Shown: positions 1-8,668, counted from the stretch's first letter. The stretch is DNA of 24,300 nucleotides from a virus (IMGVR_UViG_3300037515_000071:1-24300), one strand, 5' to 3'. Notes: generated by a model from the sequence alone, not told the origin. Program-made: numbers and translations.

Positions 1-629
1 CGATCTCTTTCATCCATGAATTGCCATGATTCAAAATGAAATTGAAATTTTCTGCCATCATTTGATATAAAAACATATAACGGTCCTTCTTCATTATATT
101 CATCAAATGCATTGTTCTTATCACCTGCTGTACACCATTTTGTGCCTTTCCCATAATAACATGCTGCTTCCTTTGTTTTTAATTTTAACAATATTCCATC
201 ACTTCCTTTCTTTATAACATCCGCACCTTCTTTCTTTATTTCTATTTTCTCTTGTCTTTTTGATATTTCAGGTGTTAAATTATCTATGATATCTTCCAGT
301 TCATGGAAAGAATATTGATTGATATCTTTTTTTTCTAATTGATGCTTGTTCTTATGAAATTGTTTTAAAGCGGTTTTAACCCGATTGATATCTTCCAATC
401 TAAAAGATTTATTGATATATTCCTTTGCCAGCCATTGAAGATATTTGTTATTAAAATCAGCATCTTGTAATTGTTTTAATATTTCTATAGAAGAAACTTC
501 AGGATTTTTATTATATGCAATATTATCTTGTTTATAAACGGATAATAATTTATCATTTAAATGTTGAGAAAGATATGAAATTTTGTCTTCTAATAAAAGA
601 TATGATGGAAGGATTTGATTTAATTTCAT
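1..629 (-). CDS. Copy 1 (3'-truncated by window edge) of multicopy YGKGTKWCT-domain / variable-repeat protein
   Basis: Not in the ORF track because it runs off the edge. ATG at 629-627 reads MKLNQILPSYLLLEDKISYLSQHLNDK...AACYYGKGTKWCTAGDKNNAFDEY...WQFMDERD. Manual alignment gives about 28 mismatches in 629 nt versus 14885-15513. Confidence 0.93.
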   Translation of the reverse strand, partial: MKLNQILPSYLLLEDKISYLSQHLNDKLLSVYKQDNIAYNKNPEVSSIEILKQLQDADFNNKYLQWLAKEYINKSFRLEDINRVKTALKQFHKNKHQLEKKDINQYSFHELEDIIDNLTPEISKRQEKIEIKKEGADVIKKGSDGILLKLKTKEAACYYGKGTKWCTAGDKNNAFDEYNEEGPLYVFISNDGRKFQFHFESWQFMDERD

Positions 630-653
630 TTTTAAATTCCATAAGATTAAAGA

Positions 654-661
654 TATTTATG
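654..661 (-). promoter_or_regulatory. T4-type late promoter variant CATAAATA upstream of copy 1
   Basis: Plus-strand tatttatg, about 25 nt upstream of the ATG at 629. One mismatch to TATAAATA. Confidence 0.5.
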
Positions 662-739
662 AGAAATTATTTTATCAAATTAAAATTATTTGTAATATTT
701 TAAATATTTCAATTTTTAATTAATATATTATTCTTTTAA

Positions 740-772
740 TATAATTAGGGGGATTTCTCCCCCATAATTATA
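740..772 (-). terminator. Stem-loop / probable intrinsic terminator after SSB gene
   Basis: Minus strand GGGGGA-GAAA-TCCCCC (763-748), extended by TATAATTA/TAATTATA arms, just after the stop at 779. The U-tract is weak. Confidence 0.65.
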
Positions 773-778
773 TTTACT

Positions 779-1684
779 TTATTTCCTACTTAAAATATTT
801 TTAATGAAATCATCTTCATCCGAATCATCAATAATTACTTTAGAATTTTCTACAGTAACAGATTCATCAATATGTGGAATTACAACAGTATTATCATTAG
901 ATGATTCTACATCTTTAGAATCCTCATCAGAAGAATATTTTGGATTAAATTCAACCGCACCATCATGGGCATCCAAATAATGTTGAACTTTTTCTATATG
1001 CGGTTTATCTGGTAACAAATCTTTATAATCAATAAGTTCTATATTGTTTATAAATTCATCAGGTAAAGATGATGGCTTTTTATCAAAATAACTAAATGCA
1101 TAATTATAATGCTCTCCCTGAGTTGTTTTCTTTATATGAAAATTAAATCCATCTTTAAACATCCATGGCGCATTATCATCTTCTTCCATTTGAGACATTT
1201 GATTTTCAAATGCTTCCAATACTTGTGAGCCAAAATTCGATGTGCATACTCTTCCTTCATATTCAACAGTATCACCATTTTCATCCTTAACAGTTAATGG
1301 ACTTTTAAGAACTAAGACTCTAACTAGATTATTACGATTACGCCAATAATAACTGCCTTTCTCTTTATTATTTTCTCTATAATATTTTTGAGACCGCTCA
1401 CAAATTGGACAATCCGTAGTTGAATCAAAAGTTTTTGGACAAATTACTGTTCTTTCTCTTCCATCTATAATTAATTTATGATTAAAACTTTCTATATAAT
1501 ATGGTAAAGGATTATCAGGATTACTATCCGGAATAATCCTTACTACTGCTTCTTCTCCCGCTTCCATATTCCAAAATGGGAAAAAGTTTTTATCAACTGT
1601 ACCTTTAAATGATTGTTGTTTTTTACTACGTTCTTTAAGTCGCTTTTGAATCTCTTGAATTTTTAATGAACTAATTGTAGGCAT
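779..1684 (-). CDS. Single-stranded DNA-binding protein, T4 gp32-like
   Basis: AVVRIIPD, H...CPKTF...DCPICE zinc-type motif, GFNFHIKK, Y..SYF and acidic C-terminal tail (DDSDEDD). SD AAGGAG upstream. Confidence 0.88.
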   Translation of the reverse strand: MPTISSLKIQEIQKRLKERSKKQQSFKGTVDKNFFPFWNMEAGEEAVVRIIPDSNPDNPLPYYIESFNHKLIIDGRERTVICPKTFDSTTDCPICERSQKYYRENNKEKGSYYWRNRNNLVRVLVLKSPLTVKDENGDTVEYEGRVCTSNFGSQVLEAFENQMSQMEEDDNAPWMFKDGFNFHIKKTTQGEHYNYAFSYFDKKPSSLPDEFINNIELIDYKDLLPDKPHIEKVQHYLDAHDGAVEFNPKYSSDEDSKDVESSNDNTVVIPHIDESVTVENSKVIIDDSDEDDFIKNILSRK

Positions 1685-1773
1685 AATTTTACTCCTTTTT
1701 GTTTAACTATCCTAATTATTCTTAACTATCATAAATATTATAACTATTATAATAATATTCTTATTAAACTAAT

Positions 1774-1801
1774 ATTATATAGTTTATTTTCGGCGTGTCA
1801 A
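1774..1801 (-). promoter_or_regulatory. Consensus sigma70-type promoter for SSB gene
   Basis: TTGACA (1801-1796), 16-nt spacer, TATAAT (1779-1774). Confidence 0.75.
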
Positions 1802-2311
1802 GCCTTGAATAAAAATATTATCACGTTCTAGTTCTTCAACCATACGGATAATATGTTTACATACTCCCGAAACCTTTGCGGGATTAACAGGAGGTCTATC
1901 CGTTTTTTTAACATATGGTTTAGGCGGATCAGTAGCTAATGCATTATCTCTATAATTATATATAGCAAATCTATAATGAAAATCTAAACATGTACAACTA
2001 ACTTTAACATTTGATCTACTTCTATTTATTCTATCAAAATAATATTCTGCACCATCAACAGTTACAATGCGAGCAGTTCTTTTCGATGGTTCATCTCTAT
2101 AAAATATATTTTCAAACACTATTCTAGAAATATATTTTCCATTATCAGTTTTAGATTCAGCTTCTACCTCTAAATAATTATCATTAATATAAGGTATAAA
2201 AATTGTATTAGTTATTTTTACATCCGATGCTCTAACATTTCTATCATTTTTAAATGCTCTGTCAGTATTTCTAATTAATTTATCAAATGTAAGTTCTAAT
2301 AGTATATTCAT
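1784..2311 (-). CDS. SWIM-type zinc-finger phage protein
   Basis: VSCTCLDF...GVCKHI (CxC...CxH). ATG at 2311 (MNILLE) preferred over the TTG at 2323. Late promoter upstream. Confidence 0.7.
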   Translation of the reverse strand: MNILLELTFDKLIRNTDRAFKNDRNVRASDVKITNTIFIPYINDNYLEVEAESKTDNGKYISRIVFENIFYRDEPSKRTARIVTVDGAEYYFDRINRSRSNVKVSCTCLDFHYRFAIYNYRDNALATDPPKPYVKKTDRPPVNPAKVSGVCKHIIRMVEELERDNIFIQGLTRRK

Positions 2312-2334
2312 TATAATTTCCAAATATATTTAGA

Positions 2335-2342
2335 TATTTATA
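2335..2342 (-). promoter_or_regulatory. T4-type late promoter TATAAATA
   Basis: Exact match overlapping the terL stop, about 24 nt upstream of ATG 2311. Confidence 0.65.
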
Positions 2343-3933
2343 CTATAAATGGTGGAGAATCATCAAAATCATCTATTATTTCCATATCTTCATTATCCCA
2401 ATAATCATCTTTTGTTATAGATAAAGAATATAATTTATTATATGCCTCTTCATCATTTTCAGCTAAATCATCTAATATTCTTATAATAATCAATATAGCC
2501 GAAATACAATCATCCGTGGAACCTCGTTTTGCCTCATATGCTTTACCCCTTCTAACATAATTTTTTAATTCTTTTAATAATGTAACAGAATGTATATTAA
2601 ATTCATCATTTTCAATTAACGTTTTTAATTTATTAGCATATTTTAATTTTATAGAATCTGTCGTGGTAAATCCGTATCTAGCTTTTCCTGATTCATGTAT
2701 CATAGATACATTTACTGGCAACTCTTCATCATTATCATATAATGATATTATACCTTCACCAACACCATTATTTTCCACTGAAAATAATATTTCACATTCA
2801 TTATTCGTGAAAAACATAAATATTTTCTTTAATAATTCATATATTTGTGTTGATCTAGTTGAATTACTTCTAAATTCCATCACTTGTTCTAAAGATGGAA
2901 ATTCACATATTTCAACCACAGTATGATCAGACCCCGTTCCAGTTGCCGGATCAACACCAACTAAATATGTTGTACCCATTTTAATTGGTACAAAAAATGG
3001 TATATTTTCTAAAGTAAATAAAACATTTGTATTTTTTTCTAAAATTTTATTCTCACGTTCTATAAGAATTCTATTATCTAATAATGTCCCCTCCTCACCT
3101 AAGAAATGACATTCATACTCTTGTAACCATTTTCTCATACCAAATAAATTTATAATACCTTCCCTAAATTTTTCATCTCTATCAGGAGGCATATCCCATT
3201 TTATCCATGTTGGTACAAATTTTAATTCATTTCCACTATATTCTTCCCCAGAAGATAAATCTACACTTAATTCGGCTTGTCTCCATAATTCTGCAAATTT
3301 ATCAGAATCTCCATTTGGAGTAGATGCAATTATACATGATCCACCAGTAGATAATGTTGGCAAAATAGCTGCCCAAAATTCTTCTTGTATAAAATCCGGT
3401 ACCCATGCAAATTCGTCACAAAAAAGTAATGAGATGGATTTACTGCGCCCGGAAGTTTCAGATGTAGTCTCTGCTCTTATAATACTCTTATTTTCAAATT
3501 CACACGTATGTTTATTCCAATTATTTTGATTTATTCCGGGTTTTAACCATGACGGCAATTCTTCATATGAATTTTGTATTTTACTAATAATATCCATAGC
3601 ATTATCAGACTTATTAGACGCAATAAGAATATTTTTAACCTCATTATGCATGGCGTACCACAATAAATATGCAGCGGTCGTTTCTGTTTTCCCCGTTTGT
3701 CTTGCACTCAATACAATATTAAATCTATTATATTGATATTTTAGCATCAAATCTTCTTCATAATCATATAGATCAAATAAAATTTGACCTTTAGTTGGAT
3801 GTTTTATATATACATAATTTCTACAAAAATATATCGGATCATCATGAACCTTTTTAACCTCTATCAACATTTCTGGAGTATATGATTCTTCGGTAAATGC
3901 CTTTTTAAGTTTAGTATTACTACTTCTGCCCAT
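2338..3933 (-). CDS. terL: Terminase large subunit, T4 gp17-like
   Basis: DPIYFCRNYVYI, Walker A SARQTGKT, Walker B LLFCDEFA, ASTPNG, QEYECHF, and RNase H-like nuclease motifs VGVDPATG, VENNGVG, TDDCISA. ATG 3933 preferred over TTG 3945. Confidence 0.96.
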   Translation of the reverse strand: MGRSSNTKLKKAFTEESYTPEMLIEVKKVHDDPIYFCRNYVYIKHPTKGQILFDLYDYEEDLMLKYQYNRFNIVLSARQTGKTETTAAYLLWYAMHNEVKNILIASNKSDNAMDIISKIQNSYEELPSWLKPGINQNNWNKHTCEFENKSIIRAETTSETSGRSKSISLLFCDEFAWVPDFIQEEFWAAILPTLSTGGSCIIASTPNGDSDKFAELWRQAELSVDLSSGEEYSGNELKFVPTWIKWDMPPDRDEKFREGIINLFGMRKWLQEYECHFLGEEGTLLDNRILIERENKILEKNTNVLFTLENIPFFVPIKMGTTYLVGVDPATGTGSDHTVVEICEFPSLEQVMEFRSNSTRSTQIYELLKKIFMFFTNNECEILFSVENNGVGEGIISLYDNDEELPVNVSMIHESGKARYGFTTTDSIKLKYANKLKTLIENDEFNIHSVTLLKELKNYVRRGKAYEAKRGSTDDCISAILIIIRILDDLAENDEEAYNKLYSLSITKDDYWDNEDMEIIDDFDDSPPFIV

Positions 3934-3942
3934 GAAAATATC

Positions 3943-3984
3943 CAATAAATTTAATCATAATGATATTTATGATTAAATTTATTG
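3943..3984. repeat. Perfect 18-bp inverted repeat overlapping terL late promoter and RBS
   Basis: caataaatttaatcataa (3943-3960), 6-nt loop, ttatgattaaatttattg (3967-3984). Contains CATAAATA on the minus strand at 3971-3964. Confidence 0.9.
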
Positions 3985-3998
3985 ATGGATACGTAATA

Positions 3999-4676
3999 CT
4001 AAGAATTTACTGATAATAATTCAAAATCATGCAACCAAGCAGTGGTAGGTTCATGTATATTAATAAATTCTTCCTTTTTTTCAGATTTTACAGAAAGTTC
4101 CCAAGGTAAACGAATATATTCATAATTTTCTTCTCCCCTAAGAGAAGAAAGATATAATTCATAAAGATATTTATTTTTAAAAAATGGACCCGTAAATCCA
4201 AAAATTATTTGTGGTTTAGTAGGGCTATTAATACTACGAAAAATATTATTAATTTCTATTTCATTCATCATATTTGCATTATCTACAATAATTAAATCTG
4301 GGGAAATATATTGACCGGGAACAGATAAATGTGCCGGAGTTAATATTTTAATTTCCGATCCATTTGAAAATTTAATACCGGAACTTCCACTAGAAGATGC
4401 ATTTATCTCTTTAATATTCAAATTTCTATCAAAAATAGATACTGCACCAGTTTTCGCAGAATATAATATATCAGAAACTGTTCTTTCAATATATTTTATT
4501 ATATCAAACCTATTAATAAAATAATAAACTTTAGAATTATAATCTTCTGATGCTCTTAATAATGAATAATTTACTAATATAGAAGTTATTCCTACTTGTC
4601 GTGATCCTTGTATTATATAATTACCGCCACGTCTTATTTTATTGATCTGATGACGCTGATAATCATATAAATACAT
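3999..4676 (-). CDS. Degenerate terminase ATPase-domain paralogue
   Basis: LYDYQ, SRQVGIT (Walker A K>I), FSNGSEI, LIIVDNA (Walker B E>N), IRLPW. Collinear with the N-terminal domain of adjacent TerL; no nuclease domain. Confidence 0.75.
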   Translation of the reverse strand: MYLYDYQRHQINKIRRGGNYIIQGSRQVGITSILVNYSLLRASEDYNSKVYYFINRFDIIKYIERTVSDILYSAKTGAVSIFDRNLNIKEINASSSGSSGIKFSNGSEIKILTPAHLSVPGQYISPDLIIVDNANMMNEIEINNIFRSINSPTKPQIIFGFTGPFFKNKYLYELYLSSLRGEENYEYIRLPWELSVKSEKKEEFINIHEPTTAWLHDFELLSVNS

Positions 4677-6364
4677 TAAAAATTTCCTTTATACTGACCA
4701 TCAATTATATGTATTAAAGTGCGTGTACCATCAGGATAAACGATACAATGAGTATGCATCCAACTACTAGGACCACTTTGATATTCCAAATCTAACATAG
4801 CACTTACGCCAACTTGATATGCGCCTTCCCTAATTCCGGGAGTATGAGAATGAGCTATAATAACTTTTGGACCTATTTTTGAAAAAGAACTTAATGATCC
4901 TCGACTACCATTTGATCCTATATCTCCATGAAATCCAGTTTCTATCCCACATATTACATTACTTTTATCTCGTGCCAAAAAAATAGTATTTTCTTTAGAT
5001 TGTAATCCTTTTTGTTCATCAGGATTAAAACACCAAAATGCGAATGGATCAATAGTTTCAAATCCAGTAGGTGTAATCTTTACATTTTTATATTGATGGT
5101 ATTTCATATAATGATAAAATTTTGCATTTTCCGGATCATCCTTTGGGTCCGACTCACGCAACCATCTATCAAAAGCTTCATCATGATTTGATTTAACTAT
5201 AACATTAATAGTATCCGAGTGAGAATATCTATCTATAACATCGGCTGTTAATTGTAACCCCTCTTCAACATTATTGCGTCCTAAATGATGTTTACCATAT
5301 GAAATAATATCGTTACCTTTATGATGATGATTTCTACGATAAAAATCCTCTACATCATGCCATACTAAATATTTAGGACGTAAGACTCCACATAATGAAT
5401 CATTTCCATCATATGTAGCATGCTCAACATTTTTATCTAAAAATTCAGCATGTGTATCGCCAGTAACCAATCCCATTATTCTTATATTTCTTTTTACATT
5501 AGTTGTAGTATAAAATGAGTCTAAATCATAAAATCCCTTATCTTTATCATTCCAGTGTATATGTCTAATATGATGATGTCCATTAGAATCAACTTCCACC
5601 ACCAATGCTGCAAAATTATGATGAAATGCACCCTTATGTCCAGCTTTAGAATCTGTAAAATTAGGTACGGTTATGCTTCCAGTTGTTGTTAATATTTTTG
5701 GTAGTGATTTATTTGGAGTAGCAATACATCGTAATTCTAATTTTGGATGTCCAAATATTCCAGATGATTCTCCGGTATAACTTTCAAAACCAGATAACGG
5801 ATTTGTAGCAGTTGGTTGTATTTTTATATGTCCCATATATTCTAAAGATTTTCCTAATTTTCTAGAATAATCTTGAATATAAGATTTTATATCCTCATTC
5901 CACCATTCAGAATCCATATTTTTAGATGTCCACATAGACGTAGGATTTTTATATCTTAATGGTATAATTAATAATTCTGCATTATTAATATTGCAATAAT
6001 TCAAAATAGTATTAAGAAATTGATGATTTATTGGAGTAGCATTTTGTGCAGATGTTATAATATATCTTTTATTAATTTCATATTCATCTAATCTGATAGG
6101 TCCAAATTTGTCTTTTAATTCTTGAATAGCAATTTCAAATATATCAAGTTTATCAGTAGGAATATTATATTCTCCAGACAAATCAATAAGAGGCAATCTC
6201 AATCCAGTCTTTTCAAATACTTTTAATCTTTTACGCATTATTGTATCGGGTATAATACCGAGATAACTAGCCAATTGTTCACGACTTAAATTAGCGTTTA
6301 ATGCTGCCCTATATTGTATAATAAAATATTCAGTGCTAGACGGACCAGCTATTAAATAATCCAT
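4676..6364 (-). CDS. Calcineurin-like metallophosphoesterase / nuclease, T5 A1-like
   Basis: Metal motifs GDTH, WHD..D, SNHD, FHGD, AHSH. Blocks RYIITSAQNAT, PTATNPLSGF and KAGHKGAFHHNFAALVVE match my recollection of T5 A1. Possible N-terminal HTH (SREQLASYLGI). Confidence 0.78.
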   Translation of the reverse strand: MDYLIAGPSSTEYFIIQYRAALNANLSREQLASYLGIIPDTIMRKRLKVFEKTGLRLPLIDLSGEYNIPTDKLDIFEIAIQELKDKFGPIRLDEYEINKRYIITSAQNATPINHQFLNTILNYCNINNAELLIIPLRYKNPTSMWTSKNMDSEWWNEDIKSYIQDYSRKLGKSLEYMGHIKIQPTATNPLSGFESYTGESSGIFGHPKLELRCIATPNKSLPKILTTTGSITVPNFTDSKAGHKGAFHHNFAALVVEVDSNGHHHIRHIHWNDKDKGFYDLDSFYTTTNVKRNIRIMGLVTGDTHAEFLDKNVEHATYDGNDSLCGVLRPKYLVWHDVEDFYRRNHHHKGNDIISYGKHHLGRNNVEEGLQLTADVIDRYSHSDTINVIVKSNHDEAFDRWLRESDPKDDPENAKFYHYMKYHQYKNVKITPTGFETIDPFAFWCFNPDEQKGLQSKENTIFLARDKSNVICGIETGFHGDIGSNGSRGSLSSFSKIGPKVIIAHSHTPGIREGAYQVGVSAMLDLEYQSGPSSWMHTHCIVYPDGTRTLIHIIDGQYKGNF

Positions 6365-6388
6365 ATTAAAATACTCCTTGATATTATT

Positions 6389-6904
6389 TCATTCAGAAGA
6401 ATCTTTATCATAATCAACAGATTCTATAACAGACTTATCATTCTTGTCAAGATTATCATCCTTATTTAAATATTTCATCAATTCTTGAAAAGTTCCAACA
6501 AATACATTATTAATATTTCCTTTTGGATTTTTCCCGGATGATTCTAATAATCGTTCTTTTTGTTGTAATGTATCTATATGTTGCTTCATTATTCTTCTTT
6601 TTTCCGCCGAAGATAATGCGGTATTTAACATTATGGCCGCAACTTCAGCTAATCTGCTTACTTTATTCTGTTCGGCATCATCTATCTCATCTAAAAGAAG
6701 TTCGTATAATTCAAGAGATTTATCATATATATTTAAAAAATCCTCTTCAATTTCTTCATCTTTTAAATCATAATCTTCGGATTTTATAGCGATACTTTTA
6801 ATTTTAGTTTTAACAACTTCAGTAGTTCCACATGGAACACCTAAAGCTTTCTCAAAGGAATGATTAATTTGTTGAACTTTCTTTTCAATTTTTTGATCTG
6901 TCAT
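6389..6904 (-). CDS. terS: Terminase small subunit, T4 gp16-like
   Basis: Helical acidic protein with SRLAEVAA and C-terminal NNVFVGTFQELMKYL, typical of gp16-like proteins. Lies upstream of terL with a late promoter. Confidence 0.7.
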   Translation of the reverse strand: MTDQKIEKKVQQINHSFEKALGVPCGTTEVVKTKIKSIAIKSEDYDLKDEEIEEDFLNIYDKSLELYELLLDEIDDAEQNKVSRLAEVAAIMLNTALSSAEKRRIMKQHIDTLQQKERLLESSGKNPKGNINNVFVGTFQELMKYLNKDDNLDKNDKSVIESVDYDKDSSE

Positions 6905-6908
6905 ATAT

Positions 6909-7085
6909 CTATTTATTACTATTTTTAATATCTATAACATCAAATAATAATTTCAAATTAATATTTATATTAGGCGATATTCCATATTGATGCTGCGCCC
7001 ATGTATTAAAATCAAAACTTTTACCTAATATATTGTGTTTAATATAATTTTTATATTCTTCAATAATTTTATCATGCTTGTTCAT
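6909..7085 (-). CDS. Small hypothetical protein (58 aa), absent from ORF track
   Basis: MNKHDKIIEEYKNYIKHNILGKSFDFNTWAQHQYGISPNININLKLLFDVIDIKNSNK*. GAGG SD; fills the gap between neighbouring genes. Confidence 0.65.
   Translation of the reverse strand: MNKHDKIIEEYKNYIKHNILGKSFDFNTWAQHQYGISPNININLKLLFDVIDIKNSNK
6962..6969 (-). promoter_or_regulatory. T4-type late promoter TATAAATA upstream of terS
   Basis: Exact match about 58 nt upstream of ATG 6904. Confidence 0.55.
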
Positions 7086-7299
7086 TTGATGTTTCCTCTT
7101 TGATTATATTACTTATATCATTAGCAATCTTATTTTTTATACCCAATGCAGAATACATAAGAACTTGATGTTGATATAATATTTTTTCCATATCTTCTCG
7201 TACTGAATCATATAAACTAACTAAATCTCTTATTGATTTAGGTAATTCATCTACATTCATTGTTTTCCCGTTCACTTCAAATTGTGTTGTATTTTCCAT
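7072..7299 (-). CDS. Small hypothetical coiled-coil protein
   Basis: 75-aa ORF tightly packed after the helicase, with GGAG upstream. Confidence 0.75.
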   Translation of the reverse strand: MENTTQFEVNGKTMNVDELPKSIRDLVSLYDSVREDMEKILYQHQVLMYSALGIKNKIANDISNIIKEETSNEQA

Positions 7300-7303
7300 A
7301 ATA

Positions 7304-8668
7304 TTATAAACTCTCCATAAATTGTATTAAACTAATACCATTTTCATTTAATGTTGTTTTTTCATTTTCAAATTCTAATCCTGATATGTATTCTAAATCT
7401 CCATTTAACTGTTTTCTACGACGAGCCAAATCAAATAAATTATTATTATTTGAATCACCAGTATCAGTTATACGTAATGTTTTTGCATCATAATGTAAAG
7501 GTATTGATTTACCTACTCCGCCAGAATTTCTAGTCTTTAAAAAGAATGCTAACATTTCTCCTCTTAATCTCATTTGTTTATCCATATATAATGATATTAC
7601 ATTATCTACTGTATTAAGTTTAGTCAGTCCCCCACCAATTACATCTTGTTCAGGGGCTGCATTTCCTATTGCTTCTCTATTTTGTTGACTAGCAGTTGCG
7701 CATATCATATTATAATCATACACTAATTCTGCTAATTGTTCACTCTTAAATTTATCCTGCTCAGATATAGACAATTTAGAAACCCCTTGGTTTGGTGTCA
7801 TTTTATCCAAATAATCAACAATTAAAACATCAGGAGTTTTTTTAAATTCTAATTCATAATGTGTTAAATATGAACGTATATCATTAGTTGTGGCATTTCC
7901 ATTAATTCGTTCTATAATTAATGATCCAATTGTTTTTGATCTTACATTTGTAATAACAGAAGAAATTTCAGATTTATAATCCTGTAAAAAATCCACATCA
8001 TATCCAGAAATAATAGCAGATGATCTAGCAAATACCATCGTTCTAGGCAATTCCAAAGATAAATATACAACATTTAAACCTTGTGCTGAATAATTATATG
8101 CAAGATTATTCAACATTATAGACTTACCAATACCAGAATTAGCAGTAAATATAGTAACTTGTTGACGTGATAATCCACCTTTTAAATTTTTATCTAATGC
8201 TTTTATTCCAGTAGATTCAGTTTCTTGCTGTGCTAATGCTGCCTCTAATTTTTCTAAAAAATCTTCTGAAAAAATTTCCCATCCTAAATCTCTTTTTAAA
8301 GATATATCAACTGCTGCCTTCATCCGTTCTACAATAATACCCAAATTACCAGCTTGTAAATCATTTGTTGATTCTAACATAGCCAAAGCAACTGCTGATT
8401 CTTTACAAAATTTTTCAATTTCATCACATGTATATGCTATCTTATCAGTTGGGGTAATTTGTGATTTTAAATTTAAATCATATTCTGCATTAATAGTATC
8501 TATATCAGGTATAGAATTATATTTTGAAAAATATTCTAATGCAAATTTAGTGGCTAATTTTATTTCGCCATCAAAATATTCTGGTTTTATTATTGATATA
8601 CATCTTGAGAAAACATCATTTGAAGATAATAATATTTCAAACAGATGCTTCTGTTTCTTCATTTCCAA
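7304..8668 (-). CDS. Replicative DnaB-family helicase, T4 gp41-like
   Basis: STGIKALD, Walker A ANSGIGKS, YLSLEL, Walker B LIVDYLD, TASQQNR, LKTRN. Confidence 0.94.
   Translation of the reverse strand: MEMKKQKHLFEILLSSNDVFSRCISIIKPEYFDGEIKLATKFALEYFSKYNSIPDIDTINAEYDLNLKSQITPTDKIAYTCDEIEKFCKESAVALAMLESTNDLQAGNLGIIVERMKAAVDISLKRDLGWEIFSEDFLEKLEAALAQQETESTGIKALDKNLKGGLSRQQVTIFTANSGIGKSIMLNNLAYNYSAQGLNVVYLSLELPRTMVFARSSAIISGYDVDFLQDYKSEISSVITNVRSKTIGSLIIERINGNATTNDIRSYLTHYELEFKKTPDVLIVDYLDKMTPNQGVSKLSISEQDKFKSEQLAELVYDYNMICATASQQNREAIGNAAPEQDVIGGGLTKLNTVDNVISLYMDKQMRLRGEMLAFFLKTRNSGGVGKSIPLHYDAKTLRITDTGDSNNNNLFDLARRRKQLNGDLEYISGLEFENEKTTLNENGISLIQFMESL

Noticed and set aside
630-641. Weak similarity upstream of the copy 1 and copy 2 starts (gaatttaaaa vs gagttcaaaaa)
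   Set aside because: Too short and A-rich, and not shared by copy 3, so it cannot be called a target motif.
515-703. Plus-strand ORF 515-703 and its similar ORF at 9589-9774
   Set aside because: Antisense shadows of the duplicated gene; their similarity comes from the duplication.
1730-1737. Plus-strand CATAAATA in the SSB leader
   Set aside because: It points away from any plus-strand gene and is likely chance in AT-rich DNA.
2338-4676. Split or intron-interrupted terminase
   Set aside because: 2338-3933 already contains complete ATPase and nuclease motifs, so 3999-4676 is a paralogue and not an exon.
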